DNA from: Coniocarpon cinnabarinum
Lineage: Eukaryota
NCBI GenBank assembly: GCA_051942205.1
Contig: JAVECO010000084.1
Coordinates: 1 to 64,000 of the forward strand
Direction of reading: 5' to 3'
Length of the DNA stretch: 64,000 nt
Shown: one piece after another, positions 61,734 to 64,000 of the stretch
Layout: every line of letters begins with the position of its first letter
How positions within the stretch are numbered: the stretch's first letter is position 1
Notes under the pieces: generated by a model
Databases searched by the model: none
Told to the model about the DNA's origin: nothing
What the model saw: the letters and a program-made list of their open reading frames with translations, nothing else
Translations under genes and position numbers: made by a program

Positions 61734-62589
61734 AATTATAGGGGGTTCTCTCAAGTTCGGCGCAGCGAGAGGTATATTGGATGGGTTTCCCAGACGCAAA
61801 TTTGACAAGTATTGACGTACAGTCGATGAAAGACACTCAGTATACAAGCACCCATACGAGGCCTCAGGACTGAGGAGGAAAGAAGAAGGAAAAGAAGAAG
61901 GAAAAGAAGAGCCAGGCAAGCGAGCGCATTTCTAGGCAGCCCGACAAACACCATCGCTGCGCATGACGTGACTTGTAATACAAACGAACAGGTTCGCGAC
62001 CCACGAAACGAGACGTCCAATTGCCTGAAGTTGGGAACACCGGCGGACCACGCGATGATGACGCTCATCGAAGCCAACAGTATACACATTGAAGCAGTCT
62101 CATAAGCCGTCACATCCCGAGGCAATTCAAGCTCGATGAAGTCGATCAGCTGACCACTTTCCTCGTCGCTGCCCAGGCTGTCTGCGATGCGTTTCCCGTT
62201 ACTTCTGCCTCTTACTTTGTCGCCTCGTACAGGCTCCTTCACACCAAAGCGTAAGGAGCTCTGACGGCTGCGCCTTCACCAGTTTCTGCTATGGAATGGC
62301 ACGATGCAATAGCTGCAGTCATTCCGTGCACAGTGATGCGTCATTGGCAGCTCCACTGGTAAATCGCAGTCTCGCTGGCAGCGCTACTTTACTCCTTCAA
62401 ATCCGTCAAGTTTAGGATGCTTCCTTGACCTGCCGATCGTAGCTGTCGATACGATGAAACGACATCAACAAACGCCTCGCAATAGCAAACTGAGACGCCG
62501 CCAAACACGCCCCAACTCCCCACGCCCTCCCTCTTCCTTGCACGTTCCGTTCAAGACAACCCTCGTCAATTCTGCCTCATTCTGGGCTA

Positions 62590-62904
62590 CTAGAGCTGAC
62601 GCTTCTTGAAAAAAGCTCTCCATATTCTCCGCCATCCATGTCCAAGGTATCTTGCGCACTCGTCGCAGGTTAGGTAAGACCATCCACAAATGTGATTGTC
62701 TTCAGCGTAGCATTTTCTGTGCGCTAGGTAATAAGGGCATCGCACTGTTGAGTCCGTTTTCCAGCCGACTCGACGGTCGCAGGCGGTGCATATACTGTAT
62801 GTAGTTAAGCAAACATAATGCAGGCTGTCATTATGCGCAGGAGATGCGCACAAGAGCAGTGAAAAGGAGATCTCGTACACTTCAATCAAACTGTATGTAC
62901 ACAT
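62590..62904 (-). CDS. Cys-rich microprotein, array member 6 (76 aa)
   Basis: Exon 62904-62879, intron 62878-62795 (GTACGA..TTAAC..CAG), exon 62794-62590: MCTYSLIEVICTAC..VRCPYYLAHRKC..LTCDEC. Confidence 0.8.
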   Translation of the reverse strand: MCTYSLIEVYEISFSLLLCASPAHNDSLHYVCLTTYSICTACDRRVGWKTDSTVRCPYYLAHRKCYAEDNHICGWSYLTCDECARYLGHGWRRIWRAFFKKRQL

Positions 62905-63486
62905 GAGTGTCTGATTCGCAGAGACTCGTCTGTGGTAGGCTTTGCTTTGACGACTTTGTGGACCTCAATGAACCAGCTGTTGCGTACTTCAGCTGTCTCG
63001 CAGTGGAGATGGTGCAAGCTTGGAGGAGGAAGATGAAGGAAAAGAAAAAGAGGAAGGATGAGCTGCGAAGCCAAGTATGCAAGCGGGGCCTGCAAACGCC
63101 GCCAGGTGCCTACATCAACTTGCATGGATGAGCGAACTGGGCCATGTGTAACATTCATTTCCAGTTTCAACACTTGGCCAGGCGTCACCTACGTCACGTA
63201 CGCCCAACGTCTGACCCACTTCCTCACAAACAGAAGAAGAAGGAGAAGCTGACGCACGGTTGCAGCAAATTTTCAGCAGCTCGTAAGAACATGCTCAAGC
63301 GTGCCCTGTGCTAATCATATGGAGAAATAGCAAGAGCCATGGATGGCGACGCATTCACATGGACCATCTCGATCGCCTCGAAACGGCTTTGATCATCCGA
63401 ATCATCCACGTCCCTGAGTCCTTCCCGCTCCTCCACAAGCATTGATGGCACACTGGCGAATTAATCGAGAGAACTTTGGACAATTC

Positions 63487-63797
63487 TCAATATCTTCGAC
63501 CATAGTAACCCTGGTACTGGTTGCAAAATCCACCATAACGTTTAGATTGACCCATCCATTGAACGCAAGGTTGTCCCGCGAGCCACCGAGAGCAGCGCAC
63601 CGGGGGTAGGTAAAAGTGTCGGTGAATGATGCGATAACATATGAACAGGAGCTGTCGCGACTGATTAACGCATGTCAAGACGCAATGCACCTCGAAGGAG
63701 TGCGAAGAAGATTATATGCGTAGGTGAAGTGTAAAAACATAATGCAAGGGGTGTGGAAGTTAATTGCTTATATTACTGCAACGTCATATCTGCACAT
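63487..63797 (-). pseudogene. Cys-rich microprotein, array member 7 (pseudogene)
   Basis: MCRYDVAVI followed at nt 26 by ATAAGC (donor GTAAGC with G>A); exon 2 relic ..ICYR..PVRCSRWLAGQPC..FCNQY with a frameshift and Tyr in place of the last Cys. Confidence 0.6.
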
Positions 63798-64000
63798 TTT
63801 CGTTTGATGGATACAGACAGATGTCTGGGGCTGTGGTGCGCAATACTTAGGACTCTACAAGGAGCTGCATTGAGTGCAATGGCTCTTTAGAAGAAGACTG
63901 AGTGATCTGGCATTGGACCAAACTGGTCTTGCGCAAAAGAGTAACAAGTGAGGGACTTTGTTGCTCGATTTCATGCCGACAAAAACTCCACTTGATATTG

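Noticed and set aside
1..64000. Starship captain, transposase, reverse transcriptase or secondary-metabolite backbone gene
   Set aside because: No such motifs recognised in any long ORF; a heavily decayed copy could have been missed.

Overview
Eukaryotic DNA from a filamentous ascomycete (Pezizomycotina; short GT-AG introns with CTRAY branch sites, TpA-rich patches suggestive of RIP). About 1-12.3 kb is ordinary gene-dense sequence: an ABC1/COQ8-type kinase, a conserved coiled-coil protein, an F-box/ankyrin-like protein and a secreted Ser/Thr-rich protein. About 12.4-31.5 kb looks accessory: orphans, decayed genes, a putative nuclease-fold protein, an SRR1-like protein, an SRPK-like kinase, an intron-containing U6 snRNA gene and U6-derived relics. 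About 31.9-47.7 kb holds transport/metabolic genes: a methionine-type permease with an internal TGA, a CmcJ/AsaB-type oxygenase, a bacterial-like heme-binding protein, a PAQR protein, an NCS1 permease and CMS1. Three things are not evident from the ORF track. (1) A tandem array of at least 7 co-oriented, highly diverged Cys-rich microprotein genes at 54.8-63.8 kb (M-C-x8-C-x2-C...C...C...C-x2-C), four of which share an intron position 26 nt after the ATG. (2) A dispersed ~169-170 bp fold-back (MITE-like) repeat family with six copies plus a half copy; one copy fills most of an intron. (3) A U6 snRNA gene with a spliceosomal intron, plus a decayed copy with a different intron set that appears split by a ~1.6 kb gene-carrying segment. 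All gene models and family assignments were made by eye and from remembered motifs; no database searches were run.
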